NCBI GenBank assembly: GCA_013239625.1
Contig: MU053504.1
Coordinates: 622,001-686,000 of the forward strand
Source: Lama guanicoe
Taxonomy: Eukaryota
Direction: 5' to 3'
Length of the DNA: 64,000 nucleotides
Shown here: piece after piece, positions 26,091 to 47,454 of the stretch
Layout: every line of letters begins with the position of its first letter
Position numbering within the stretch: the stretch's first letter is position 1
Translations under genes and position numbers: made by a program
Notes under the pieces: model-generated
The model's input: only the letters and a program-made list of their open reading frames with translations
Database searches by the model: none
Told to the model about the DNA's origin: nothing

Positions 26091-27087
26091 AGGGATAGCA
26101 GCCAGGGGAGGATGAGAGGAGGGGCGGCTCTCCCACTAAGTACCTGTGGAATGAAGAATCCCGAAACGAGTCAGGTTCACAATTATTCATGGAATCATTC
26201 CCTCACTTAATTAATTAATTAATTAGTTCATTTATTTACTTGTTCAAATATTTATTAAGTGCTGTTAAGGGCCTGGTACTTTTTTCCAGGGCTGAGGATC
26301 AACAGCGAGCAAAACAAAGTCCCTGCCCTCTTGTTGCTCACATTTGAGGGGGGAAGAAAACCAAAAGACCTTGAATAACAGGTCACTCCTGTCTCTCAAC
26401 CCTTCTGTGGCCCCCCATCTCACTCTGTGAAAGACAAAGTCTCATGGCCTCTGTGAGGTCCATGAACCAGCCCTCCATCTCACCTCCTGGGCTTCTCATT
26501 GGCTACGTCTGATTCAGGCACAGTGCCCTTCTTGCTGTTCCTTGAATGCGCAGACATTTGCGTCAGAGCCTTTGCTGCCCCCTTTGCCTGGAACACCGTT
26601 CCCGTGCAGGTGGCAAGGTGTTCCCTCACCGTCTTCAGGCCTCTGCTCCCAGGGCCCTTTCTCAGACAGAATCCCGGCTTGTAGGTCCTCAGCTTCTTTG
26701 CCCTCTTGCCTCTTGCCACCCTGCCTGGGATGCTTTTCTCTTCCACTTTCCCTTGTCCTGCTCATCCTTCCCTTCTCAGTTTAGATGTCCCTTCTCAAGG
26801 AGGCCTTTGTACATCCCCAGGCTCCATCAGACAGTCCCCAGTGCCTGCCCTCTGACACCATGTAAGTGTTTGCCTTCCCCAAGAGCCACGATCCCTGTGA
26901 CAGGACTATGACTGTCTCCTGCACAAAATGGCTCAAGAGTACACGTCCTGGACTCAACCTGGGGTTGAAACCCAGATATTACTGCTTGTGTGATCTTGGG
27001 CAGATTATACCTCTAAGCTTGTTTCCTAATGTGTGAAATGGAGCTCTTTAAAGTAGCTACCTCAAAGGGATGTGTGAGGATTCATAT

Positions 27088-28044
27088 TGAGGCAGTTTGA
27101 GCTGGTGTTGAGATGAGTTAAGGCCGTGGGACCCAAGGCCACGATCAGAGCATGTTTGTAGTACGCAGTAAATAATTGCTCCACGCATGCGTCAATTATA
27201 TAAGATTTAGACCAAAGAAAATAGAAGTACGCATGTGCTAGAGATATTCTGTAAGCCTAATGAACAAAGAAACTCAGACCACACATGTGCTGACAGAAAA
27301 CACATAAAAGCAGGACAGGTGCATCATAGGCGCACCTCCCTTTGGCAATGAAGTGTTGTTAACCCCATGGTGTCTCCGGCTGAAGTCTGTCCAGCAGTAT
27401 GGCAACTCCTCGTGCATTTTTTCGTTTGGGCCGCTCACCTCCTAGAACCCCACATCAGCCTCTTTCGGCTGACAGGCGGGAAGCCCCATAAAAAAACAGG
27501 CAGGGCCCCCAAGCAGGGGCACTACTCTCACGGGAGCACCATCCGGTTCCCTGGCCCAGAGGCTCTATCTCACTTTTTGCCTCTGAAACGGCTTACTTAC
27601 CCCTAAGACTCTATTGGTTCCCTGAGCTCACTTCTGATTGGTTATTTCCTTCACTCCTGATTGGTTATTACTCTCACTTCTGATTGGTCCACTTCCCTAA
27701 CTTCTGATTGGTCCATTTGTAGTACTTCATTTGCATGGAGCTCGGTCCTGATTGGTTATTTCTCTCACTCCTGATTGGTCTATTTCTACAAAGCTTGTTC
27801 CTGGTTGGTCAACTTCTGTTATACTCTATTTGCATATGATGTTGCAAAGTGTAAAACTGGCAGCCTATAAAAGCCTGTGTCTACAAAGAGGGTCCAGAGC
27901 TTGGAGTGTTAAGTTTTCTGGGCCCGCTGGCGTATTAAAGCTGAGTTCTCTGACTCTGTGAGTGCTGGTTGCTCTCTTGTGCTGATTCAGGTTGCTGTCA
28001 CAACTGAGCTGTAACACCGAGCTGTAATACATTTTTCTGCAGCA
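27088..28044 (+). mobile_element. Solo ERV LTR with CCAAT array, inserted in a MIR
   Basis: TG...CA termini with imperfect 4-bp TSD (atat/atgt); TATAAAA 27866-27872; ATTAAA 27934-27939; MIR sequence on both sides. Confidence 0.75.
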
Positions 28045-28291
28045 ATGTGAACTACTGCGAGCACTGATTCACACTTAGTAAGCCCCAGCAAGTGTTAGCT
28101 GTCATTTTATCTCCCATGATCTGTAGTCACTGGCATTAAACAGCCACTTAATGTCTCTTTGCTGAATTAATGAAGGAGTGAATAAATGAAACCTTGAGTA
28201 GCTGCATATCCAGGTGAGAAATCTATATAGAATGCAGAACTCTGGATAGGATTTAAAATTTGACAAGGATAAAGGGCAGGTACTTGGACCC

Positions 28292-28954
28292 TGTCGACTG
28301 AAGAAAAGGCACAACTTAAAAGTTGAGAATTATGTTTTATTCATCAGACATTCTGAAGAATTTAAGCCCAGGAGGCAGCATCTCAGGTACCACTAAGGGA
28401 CTGCTCTGAAGAGGTAGGGGAGGATCCAGGATATGTGACTTTTTGCAACAAAGACTAGGTAGTGGGGAAGATCAAAGATTATTTTTTTTAATTGAAATAT
28501 TGTCAGTTTATGATGTGTTAATTTCTGGTATACAGCTTAGTAATTCAGTCATACATATATATAGATAGATATTCCTTTTCATATTCTTCATTATAGGCTA
28601 TTATAATATATTGAATATAGTCCCTGTGCTAAACAGTGGGACCTTGTTGTTTTATCTATTTTATCTATAGTACTTAGTATCTGTAAATCCTGAACTCCCA
28701 ACTTATCCCTTCATCCTCCCTTTATTCCCCTGGTAACCATAAGTTTGTTTTCTATGTCTGTGAGTCTGTTATGTTTTGTAAATAAGTTCATTTGTGTCTG
28801 GTTTTTTTTTTTTTTAGATTCCGTGTGTAAGTGATAGCATATGGTGTATTTCTTTCTCTTTCTAGCTCACTTCACTTAGTATGACAATCTCCAGGTCCAT
28901 CCATGCTGCTGCAAATGCATTATTTTGTTCTTTTTGATGGCTTAGTAGTATCCC

Positions 28955-28989
<35 letters not shown>

Positions 28990-29409
28990 ACATCACAACT
29001 TCCTTATCCAGTCATCTGTCAATGGACTTTTAGATTGCTTTCATGTCTTGGCTATTGTAAATAGTGCTACTATGAACACTACGGTGCCTGTATGAAAGAC
29101 TACTGTCAATAAAGAAAACCAGATATCTCAAGTTAAGGAATTTAGCACTTCTCTATGTATAGGAAGAGTCTGGCTCATGGAAATCATTCGTTTGATATGC
29201 ACCTTAGCTGTCTAGGGCCAGTTTCCTGTGCTTCCCATTCTGAGTCTCCTCAGGGGGCACCCTGGGGGTGGCTGCAGCAGCTGAGGGCTTGGCAGCAGGC
29301 GCCTTAGTTCCCTCAGGGCGCACCACTGGAGCAGCTACACTGTGATGTCTTGATGGCTGCAACATCCTCTGTTTACTGATAAAATGGCAGGCGATATTTT
29401 TCATTCGCA
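28292..29409 (-). mobile_element. Solo ERV1-type LTR interrupted by an L1 3' fragment
   Basis: TG...CA termini, TSD accc at 28288-28291 and 29410-29413. A nested L1 3' end occupies ~28482-29094 (minus) and contains a (TG)n tract at ~28957-28987. Confidence 0.7.
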
Positions 29410-30594
29410 ACCCCGGAGGAATGTTCAGCTGACTGTGGGATAGGACCTAATTTCAATAAATACAAATGTTCATTTTCCATAAAATAGCTGCCTTTGTGGC
29501 TGGGAGAAATGGTGACCCTGGGAACTGCAAACACATGGTCTCCGGTGAGGTGGCTGCACCTCACTTACCTACCTGAGGATTGAAATACAGATCATTTTAT
29601 TCCAATTACTTTCTCTTTTTTTTCCTCCAGAGCACCCAGTATGTTCCTAACCACTACATCACCCTCTCTCTCTCTTTGGCCTGTAGGACAGTGCTTCCTT
29701 GTCTGGTTTCTGGAAGCTAGCTCCAGATGATCTGGAGGTATTTAGGGCTACAGTTTGATTAGAAGGGGATGTGAAGGTGTGAAGTTGAAACTACCTTTCC
29801 ATAACACTTACCTAAATATCCTTAACAAAACTGGGTAGGGGTGGTGCTGAAGGCCCAGCTCCATTCCTCGCCCCCTTTCCTACCTCCAGCCCCTCCCTCC
29901 ATTTGCCTGCCCACTTGCCCCCATCCCCAAGTCCCACCACCACTGCAGCCTCCAGGCTCACTCCTATCTTGAAGATGCACCATCAGCAGCAGCTCCTGAC
30001 CCACTCAGCCCTGCCTCTTTCACCCCTAACCCCACTCCCGCACCCCTACCCTCCAAAGCTCACTTCCTCCCCAAGTTTCTTCCCCAGCCTGGTTCCCATC
30101 CTAGCCTTTCCCCAGTCCCACCTTCCACCATCTGCCTGGAACATTGTTAGCCTTCCGCTACTTTTTATGACTGAATGAAAAGGGCTAAAATAGTGAAAAG
30201 TTAGGTTCCTGCCTGGGTGAGCTCAGATTCCAGTGGGGACAGCGAATAGCCATCAAGGAAACAGACACATGGGATGGCATTCACTTGGAGCAGCAAGTGC
30301 TGGGAAGAAAATGTCAACTGCAAATGGGAAATGAGAAGGAGGAAGATGTCACGGTGGACGGAGCTGTCCAGGAGGCCTCTTGAAGGAAACAGTTAAGCAG
30401 AGACTTGGGTGAATTAGGCGACGTGTGTGGCCAAGGCCCAGGTGGGGCCAGAGTGGAGTCAGTTTCAGGGATGGTGGGGGGAGAAGAGGTGGGGGGTGTG
30501 GTTTGCAGGGATCAGATCATGCAAGACCCTGTCGGGTGAGGAGGTTTTCAGGAGCAAAGGGAATCATCTCCAGTTTGTTCAGAGGCCCAGTTCC

Positions 30595-31050
30595 ATGCTG
30601 TTAGTTTCCTCTGGCTCCTAAAACACATTACTACAAATACTACATAAAACAGCAGAAGTTTATTCTCTCGTAGCTTTGGAGGCTAGAAGCCTGCAATCAG
30701 TATCACGGGGCTGAAATCTAGGTGCTCGGGGGCCATCCTCCCTCGGGAAGCACTGAGAGAATCTGTTCCTTGCTTCTTCCTGATTCTTGCTGCCAGCATT
30801 CTTTAGCTTGGGGCCACATCACTCCCATCTCCGCCTTTGTGGTCACATTGCCTTCTCCTTCTCTTCTTAGTCAAATCAGGACACTTGTGTTTGCATTTAG
30901 GGTCCACCTGGATAATTCAGGACAACCTCCCCGCTTTAAGATCCTTAATCACATCTGCAAAGTTCTTTTTGCCGTATAAGGAAACACTCACAGGTTCCAG
31001 GGGTTAGGACTTGGATATCTTTTGTGGGGTCACATTATTCAATTTATTAT
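30595..31050 (-). mobile_element. MLT1 (MaLR) LTR
   Basis: Typical MLT1 motifs: tttattctctc.tag.tttggaggctagaag, ccttaatcacatctgcaaag, cacaggttccagggg. Confidence 0.7.
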
Positions 31051-31456
31051 ATCTACCCTTTTCTTTTGATGTCTGGTAATCCAATGATTTATTCAATTCT
31101 CAGTGCAGTGTAAACCCTGACAGTTGTTTCTTTTTCCTTTTTTATAATGCGACTGTCTGATTTAAGCTTTGATTGCGGAAGCGTCCATTTCAAAGAGGCA
31201 TCCCCTTCCATGTGTTTATCTCCAATAAACACATTGCCAGCCTCACGTTAGATAAAGAGTCAGGCTCCTCTCCAAACTGAGGCTCCTTTGTTTTAGCGAT
31301 CTTGGTTGATTTCAATAACCCATCATTTGAGCTACTTGTTTTTTTTCTCTTTCCGCACTTTATTTTTATTTATCTAAACAGCTTTATTGAGATGTAATTC
31401 ACAGTCATGTTTTTTAAAACTTTGTTTATTATTTGCTTACTTGTATTTTCTCTTTT

Positions 31457-31568
31457 GGAGGGGAGGTAATCAGGCTTTTTTTTTTTTTTAAATGAAGGTA
31501 CTGGGGATTGAACCCAGGACCCTGTGCATGATAAGCATGCACTCTACCACTGAGCTACACCCTTCCCC
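31457..31568 (-). mobile_element. tRNA-derived SINE (Vic-1-like)
   Basis: ggtactggggattgaacccaggaccc..gcatgcactctaccactgagctacaccc. Confidence 0.85.
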
Positions 31569-32271
31569 TCTCTTCCTATACTTTAAATTTTTGCTTTTAT
31601 GTTTTAAATTCACCAATAGTGAGCCCACCAAACCCAATAAAACAGAACCTCAGGCGTGCTTTCTCTTCCCTCTCTCCCCCTCCCTCCGTTCCTCTCTCTC
31701 CCTAACTTTGACCTACCTTGGCCACCTCGCTGTGTGACATGCCCCCGCCTCACCTCCTCCAGGAGTTCTGTGTAATTTACAGGTCTTATAAGTAATAAAC
31801 TATTTTTTCAGAGTTCCGTGATGGCTATCACCGAAGGGCATCTTGCAATCATAATAAGAACAACAAGGGCTGGTCCACCCACAACGCTGGTCATCAAGAT
31901 ACACTGAAACTGGCATAAAACATGAGACTAAATTAATGGCCCCTTAGGCTTAGTTTTGTTCAAGCTGTTTTTCTGTTTGTTATAACAAAAAACATCCAGA
32001 CTGCTCCACTCCCCCACATGGTAGGTGCTAAGTGTTTGCGTGGAAAGAGAAAAGGGAGTTCTCGTGCACTGACCATACACAGAGCACACGGCACCTAGGA
32101 AGCCCTCAGTCAATGCTGAATTGAATCACTTCTTATACAATGCAGAGTCCACTTTATGTTCTAAGAGGTGCAATGACTGATTTGTTACTAATGGCACACA
32201 GGGAGGGAGTAGGAGCTTCAAGATTAGAAATCAGATGTGTCTGACTTCAGGGCATGCCTGCTTCACCTACA

Positions 32272-32486
32272 CCAGAGCTTCTCAACTTCAGTGCTACTGA
32301 TACTTTGGGCCAGGTAACTTTTTGGTTGTGAGGTCTGCCCTGTGCATTATAGGATATTCAGCAGCATTTTGGACCTCCACCCACTAGATGGCAACAGTGC
32401 CCCCCCAAGTTGTGACAACCAAAAATGTCTCTAGCCATTGTCATATGTCCCCTGGGGAGAAAGATATACTTTTCTTGAGAACTACT
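32272..32486. mobile_element. MER20-like hAT DNA transposon
   Basis: cagagcttctcaac..ctgccctgtgcattataggat.ttcagcagcat..caagttgtgacaaccaaaaatgtctc..ttgagaactact. Confidence 0.8.
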
Positions 32487-33556
32487 CCCCTTCATCATGC
32501 TGCCCTAGTGGAGGAGGTGGTACAAAGAGGTGCCATTTCTGCTCGGAACTGAACTCAGGTGTCCCATGGAACAAGAAAGAAGCTGCCTCTATGCCACGGA
32601 GGTGGACATCACTGGTTATCTACTGATATTAACTCTCTGGTTCTCCAGTGACAGATTTCAGCTGGGCACACTCTTGCCAGAATAAAGACTACATTTCCCA
32701 GCCTTCTTGCAGCTAGGTGTGGCCATGTGACAACATTCCAGCCAATTACATATAATGCAGGCAAATTTCTAACTTTGCCCTTGGAAGAAAATGTCATGCT
32801 CTCCTGCACTGCCTCCTTCCCTGGTCTTTCTGCCTGGGATGTGGACCTGGTAGCAACAAGATCAAAGAATCCTGGGTCTCAATACCAGGGTTCCCCCTAA
32901 TTGCCTGGCCTTCTTATGCTTGAAAATCACTACCAAAACCAACTTTCTCGAGTCACTGTTTGAGCCACTGTTACTTAACAGTTTTGTTAAAGTTGTCAAC
33001 TCTGTATTCTAACTATTACAGCCACCCAGGCCAGCCACAGCAGGGAAGAAAAGAAGGCAGGAAAAGAGGAGAGAAGGATGTAGATGGAGGGGCACAGGTG
33101 GTCTGGCTGGGCAAGCTCAGAGACGCTCAGGGAAACCTTTTGGGAAGGACTCCAAGTTGGATCTTGAAGAATGAGAAAATATGGAGCAGAGAGCAAGGGG
33201 GTGGGCATTCCAGAAGGGGCTGCAGCAGGGACAGGGGCCTTGAGAGAGACCTGGGCAAGGCCTTGAAGGACAAAGAGGGCTTGAACAGGCTGAGAAGAGA
33301 GAGGAAGGCACATCAGAGGGGAGCCCAGCACCCGATGGGGAATTACACCAAGTGAACTGAAATCAGGTGTAGTGATCCCGGAGTTCGTCATGTGGTCTGG
33401 GGGCATCTAGAGGTTGGAACTGGAGACAGAGAAGTGGCTGGGAAGCCCTGAGCCCTCTCTGACTCAGAGGATCCACTCTGGGGCTGACCCCTCATCCAAC
33501 ACCCCATGCTAAGATGAGCACAGCTCTGCTGGGCCTGAAGTTTTGACGTCTTCTTG

Positions 33557-41941
<8,385 letters not shown>

Positions 41942-41959
41942 CACAAGGGCCACAGGGCG

Positions 41960-42170
41960 CCATCTGTGGTCCTCTAGACTGGCTGCCATTCTACCCTCTG
42001 CTGGAGGCTGGACTCTGAAGTGGGGTCTTGGACAAGGCCTTTTCTGCTTCTCGTGGCCAAGGCTACTTGGGGAAGTGTTTTCACTACAGCAAGACAAGAT
42101 TGCTGGTGCAAGAGGAAGAAGATGGGTGGAGGGGTTTCCGGCTTTCGTGTCTGGGCAAGTAGTTCCTGTA
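41960..42170 (-). promoter_or_regulatory. Putative TATA-less myeloid-type promoter of SIRPB2
   Basis: PU.1/ETS-like cores GGGGAAGTG (42069-42077), AGAGGAAG (~42111) and TTCCTGT (~42163); RUNX-like TGTGGT (41965-41970) just upstream of the leader exon. Confidence 0.45.
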
Positions 42171-42332
42171 ATCACTGTGCCAAAACCTTAATGCCCCTTT
42201 CCAGGCCCTGTCTTTGGCACCCTGGGAGGGAGATGAGCATGGCTGTCATAGTATGCCCGCAAGTCAGTCCAACTGTGGATCAAGAATTGAGCCTGCCTTT
42301 TCCTGGCTGTGTGACCTTTCAAAGGCACTTGT

Positions 42333-43051
42333 TGTCACTGGTGGGAATGCAGTTTGGTGAAGCCACTGTGGAACACAGTATGGAGATTCCTCAAAAGACT
42401 AGGAATAGACTTACCATATGACCCAGGAATCCCGCTCCTGGGCATATATCCAGAAGGAACCCTACTTCAAAATGACACCTGCACCTCAGTGTTCATAGCA
42501 GCACTATTTACAATAGCCAAGACATGGAAACAGCCTAAATGTCCATCAACAGATGACTGGATAAAGATGTGGTATATTTATACAATGGAATACTATTCAG
42601 CCATAAAAACCGACAACGTAACGCCATTTGCAGCAACATGGATGTTCCTGGAGAATGTTATTCTAAGTGAAGTAAGCCAGAAAGAGAAAGAAAAATACCA
42701 CATGAGATCACTCATATGTGGAATCTAAAAACAAAACAAAACAAAACAAAATAAAACATAAATACAAAACAGAAACAGACTCATAAACATAGAATACAAA
42801 CTTGTGATTGCCAAGGGGGCGGGGGTTGGGAAGGGACAGACTGGGATTTCAAAATGTAGAATAGATAAACAAGATTATACTGTAAAGCACAGGAAAATAT
42901 ATACAAGATCTTGTGGTAGCTCACAGTGAAAAAAAATGTGACAATGAATATATGTATGTTCATGTATAACTGAAAACTTGTGCTCTACACTGGAATTTGA
43001 TACAACATTGTAAAGTGACTATTACTCAATAAACAAATGTTAAAAAAAAAA
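42333..43051 (+). mobile_element. Young 5'-truncated L1 inserted into a MIR, just upstream of SIRPB2
   Basis: Open ORF2 C-terminus at 42354-42728 ([14 protein letters not shown]...WKQPKCPS..W), polyA tail, TSD aag(g/t)cacttgt at 42322-42332 and 43054-43064. Confidence 0.9.
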
Positions 43052-43839
43052 CGAAGTCACTTGTCATCTCTGAGCCTTTGCTACCTCATCTGTAAAATGA
43101 TCCCTTCCTAAGAATGGTATTGCAGGAATTATTTGAGATATGTGCTGGAGGGCTCAGCACAATGTAAAGGCTAAGCATAATAGCCATCCTTACTGATTGA
43201 TACGTAGGAAATAGAGGGGGTAACATTTGCTTAAGAAAAAGGATTTATTATAAAACAGGCCTCCTGGAGGCCTCCTTTTGGCAGTGCAGGGTGGGCACAG
43301 ACCCCATTTCTAATTGTATAATCATGGGCAACTCCCTAAACCTCCTTTACCTGGGGTCCAAATGTAACACAATCAGATTATGCAAAAATTTATGTTTGGG
43401 GCATCTTAATTTCCTGCAACTGATCTAAACTTCCTTGGTTAACACCCATCACACTGGCTGTTAGGAAGAAAAGGCTTGTTTGCCAATTAAAGCAATCCCA
43501 GGCCCTTCTAGGCTCTGACAGCCCCTTTAGCTGCACTGTCTGGGGTCAAATCCTGGCTTTACCCAGATCTGCCTGTGTGACCTTAGTGATCATTTAAGCA
43601 CTTCGTGCCTCAGTTTCCTGCTCTGTAAAATAAAAATAGAAATATGGTTGCATGTATGGGGTGTAGTTAGGACGGTATATACCGCCATCATTCTCTTTTA
43701 GGTTAACTGGATCTTTTCCAGGAAAAAAAAAAAAAGCTCGAGCTTTCAGTGCTTCCCTCCTTCCTTCTTACTCCACATGGTCCTGGGTGCAGAGGAAGCT
43801 GAAGTTTCTTCCTGGGGTGGGATGCTGGGACTTGGGTCT

Positions 43840-44182
43840 GAGAACTGCTGTAGTAGAGAATAATCTTTGTTTTGCTGGAGGTTTACAGGGACACCACGAC
43901 CTAGCCCACGGGGATGGCTGCAAGAACAAAGAATGCCTGCAGCAAGAAGATTACAAAAATCAACCACACCCCCTCCCTTATTTTCCCTCTCCCTCCCTTA
44001 TTTTTTGTGTAAAAGGAGCCTGTATTCTGACTAGAGCAGGATGGTTCTCCCAGATATTAGTTTGCCATCCTCTCGGTCTGCCGGCTCTCCGAATAAAGTC
44101 GCTATTCCTTGGCCCCAACACCGCATCTCCGGATTTATTGGCCTGTTGTGCAGCGAGCAGAACGAGTTTGGACTTGGCAACA
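43840..44182 (+). mobile_element. ERV1-type LTR fragment
   Basis: AATAAA followed by a U5 end ..gagtttggacttggcaaca; 5' boundary uncertain. Confidence 0.6.
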
Positions 44183-45264
44183 CTGTCTGGGGGTCTGGGT
44201 GTGAGTACCGTCTAGGAGGTTGGTCTGGCCCGCTTCCTGAGCACTTGGCACTGGGTCTGTTGAGGTGTGGCTGGTCCTGTGTGGCCCTTTGGGACCTTGC
44301 ATTGGCACCACTGCTAAACCCCATTGCTTCCTCTACTTGTTCTCCTGTTGAGGAGACCTGTGTATTACAGACTCTTTGAACAGACCACAGGCCTAGAAAA
44401 TTCCACCAGACCCTCGGGACCTCCATGTCATCCTCACAAGGAACTTTTGAATCAGCCCCTCAACTATGTGAAGTCCTTTTCCAGCTATTTCTTTTCTTCT
44501 CCAGTTTTACTTAAAACTAATTTTATTTTACTAAGTAAGGCATTGTATTGCTGTGTAACAAACCACCCCAAAAGTGTGAGAGCTTAAAACAATAAAACCA
44601 TTTATTTAGTTGGTGATTCTGTGGGTTGATATTTTTGTCTGGGCTTGGCTCCATGGTTCCACACATCTCAGCCGATTTTTTTTCCTCATTGGTGATTATG
44701 ATTGCTTGATTGATAACACCTTTATTGTGGTGCAGTTCCTGTGCAGTAAACCACACATATTTCAGGTGCACAATTTGATGAATTTTGGTGAGAATGTAAG
44801 TTGGTGCAGTCACTATGAAGGACAGTATGGAGGTTCCTTAAAAAACTAAAAATAGACTTACCATCTGATCCAGCAATCCCACTCCTGGGCTTATAGCTGA
44901 AGAAAAATGTAATTCAAAAAGACACATGGACCCGAATGTTCATAGCAGTCACTATTTATAATAGCCAAGATATGGAAACAACCCAAATGTCCATCATCAG
45001 CTGATTTTTGACTGGGTTTGCCATGCAGCTTATTCAGTTGAGGGGGCAGTTCTGAGAGGCAGCAGAAGTTACAAGGTACAGTGTTACTTCTTCCACATTG
45101 CTTTTTGGCCAAAGCATGTCACAAGACCAGAGCAGATTCAAGGGATGGAAAATAGACTTCACTTCTTGATAGGAGGAGCAGCAAAGTCAGATTGCAGAGG
45201 GTGTGCATGCACGGAGGGGGTAAAAAATTGTGAATATTTTTGTAATTTACCACAGGCATCCATG

Positions 45265-45898
45265 TGATACAAGAAGATGGGGCACGAGAGAATGGCCACG
45301 TCCCAGGTCTTGGACGAGTCTCTGGGACTCGCCCCATCAAGTGAGGCTCCTTGAGTTTGTACAGGAAAGAATTCAAGAGTGAAACATAGTACAGTTAAAT
45401 TAGATTTATTCCAGAGAGATACACACTCCATAGACTGAGTATAGGCCATTTCAGAAGGCCAGAGAGGCCACGAGACATGGGGGTGGGTGTTTAGTTTAAA
45501 GTAAAAGTAGGTACACACTCAATACACACTAAGAAGGGAGAGCAGCCACGAGGTGTGGGGTTGTTAGTTTTTATATGCTCAGTAACTTCATATGTTACTA
45601 AGTGGAAGGATTATTCCAACTACTTTGGGGAAGGGGCTGGGATTCCCGGGAATTGGGTACCGCCCACTTTTGGACCTTTTACGGTTAGCCTTGGAACTAC
45701 CATATGCCTGTGAGTGTGTCATTTACCATGCTAATATATTACAATGAGCATACAATGCAGCTCAAGGTCTACTGAAGTCAAATCTCCCGCCATCTTGGGC
45801 CTCAAGTTCTACTAAGAGTTGGATTTCCCACCAACTTGGTGCTCACTGCTGTGTCATTCCATTAATAGCTATGCCCTGCCCCCTTCTTTCCTGTCTCA
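45265..45898 (-). mobile_element. Solo ERV1 LTR
   Basis: TG...CA termini with perfect TSD catg (45261-45264 and 45899-45902); minus-strand AATAAA near 45404. Confidence 0.8.
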
Positions 45899-47454
45899 CA
45901 TGGGGTTCATAATGCACAGAATTCAAAGCCTCCTTCATAGGGCTCCCGCATATTACCTTCCCTAGGGTTAACCATACACATCAGTTTCTGGAGATAATTC
46001 AATTTCTTCACTATTTTTGATCTATTGCTCAGGTATCAGGTTGACCATGGCCCCGGGTGGCCTGTGGCACCCTTAGCAGCCAGGCCAAATCCCTCCTGCT
46101 CTTGGATCTTTAAACGTATTTGGGATTTGTATACACCATCCTCATCCCACTCCAGGGTTTTGACCCTAGAGTGTGGGGGTGTCAGGACCCTAGCATCTTG
46201 ACTCCTGCCCTTCCTCCACCTCACTTCAAGTCATAGGGAAGGCGTCCCCTTCTTTCTTTCTGTAGGGACTTTCCTAAGCTCAGCCCTCTTCCGAGCAGAT
46301 GGTCTTCTCTGTTCTAGCTGGAATCCTTCCAGCCCCCTCCTCGAGGCAACAAGTCTTAGGCTCCAGCTTTGACAAGGGACAATGCTGCACAGGGAAGAAC
46401 TGGATTACTGTGAAGAGGACAAATGCACGAGGAAATTAAAAAAAAAATTAAACCTATCCCTTCACTGTAAAACGGATGCCATGGGATAAGCCAGTGCGGT
46501 GCTGGCTCTCGGTAATTGCTCAGTAGCTGGGAGCAGTGATTCTCCTCCTGGTTAGGGGACTTGGTATTCGGTTGCTGCAGGCATAGTGGTGTCTATCACT
46601 AGCTTGAGGACTTAGGTCTCAATCATTTTCAGCAGGGTCACCTGAGGTAGACATAAAACACAAGTCTACCCTTACACTGGCTTTTTTTCTCCCTGCAAAA
46701 ATGGAACTTTGTAAAGCAACAGCTTCTCCATTGTATACCACAAAATGGCAAGCCCAGTAAGCAAGTCTAGGGAAAACATTCAACCTCAGCAGCAATTAAA
46801 AAAAATACCAATTTAAAAAATACCAACACTGGCGTTTTTGCAATCAACATTTATCTCCATTCCTTTCTCTGTTCTCCTCTTTATCAGAGGGGCTGACCCC
46901 TGGGGACAACATTTTCCAGAACTCCTTGTCAGGTTTGCTCTGGATTAGGTTCTATGCAAGAGGTGCTTGCAGTAGGTATGGACGGGGAAAGAGAAGGAGA
47001 GACATGATTGCTTCTCTAGAAATGGAGAGGGGAAGCTGCAAGGACATCAGAAGATGGCAAACGTGAGGTTTTGCAGTGCCCTCCGCCCTCTCTTCTGTAA
47101 ATCACAGGCAACTGTGACCACTGGTAGTGGGTTCCTGTGAAGCTTGCAGCTTCTTGATTCTCCAAGAGCTAGCAGTGAACTAGGGAGCGGTGAGGCTATC
47201 CAGTGTTTGTATGCAATAAACCCCCAGTTCCCATGAGAACAAAGCAGGAGTGCATGGCTTTTTTTGACCTGACTTTGAAGTCCTCTAGCATCATTTTAGC
47301 CATTCTCTCTATTTAGAAGAAGCATTTGAAACCTCTAGATCCTTGAACTTGACCCTCTGCTGTTTGCAACATGTCCTGTCCTGTGCTTTGTTTTGCCTTT
47401 CTTGTTCCCCTTTTGGTGTGTTATGTCAAATCCCATGACACGCTTTTTGGTGTT

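Noticed and set aside
25250..26210. Several 130-170 aa ORFs around NSFL1C exon 1
   Set aside because: Low-complexity Pro/Arg/Gly/Ala translations expected in a CpG island. Only the 35-codon exon matches a protein.
27610..27810. CRISPR-like repeat array
   Set aside because: Mammalian DNA; these are short degenerate tandem CCAAT repeats inside an LTR, with no unique spacers or cas genes.
42354..42728. 124-aa ORF as a host gene
   Set aside because: It is the C-terminus of L1 ORF2 in a 5'-truncated insertion.
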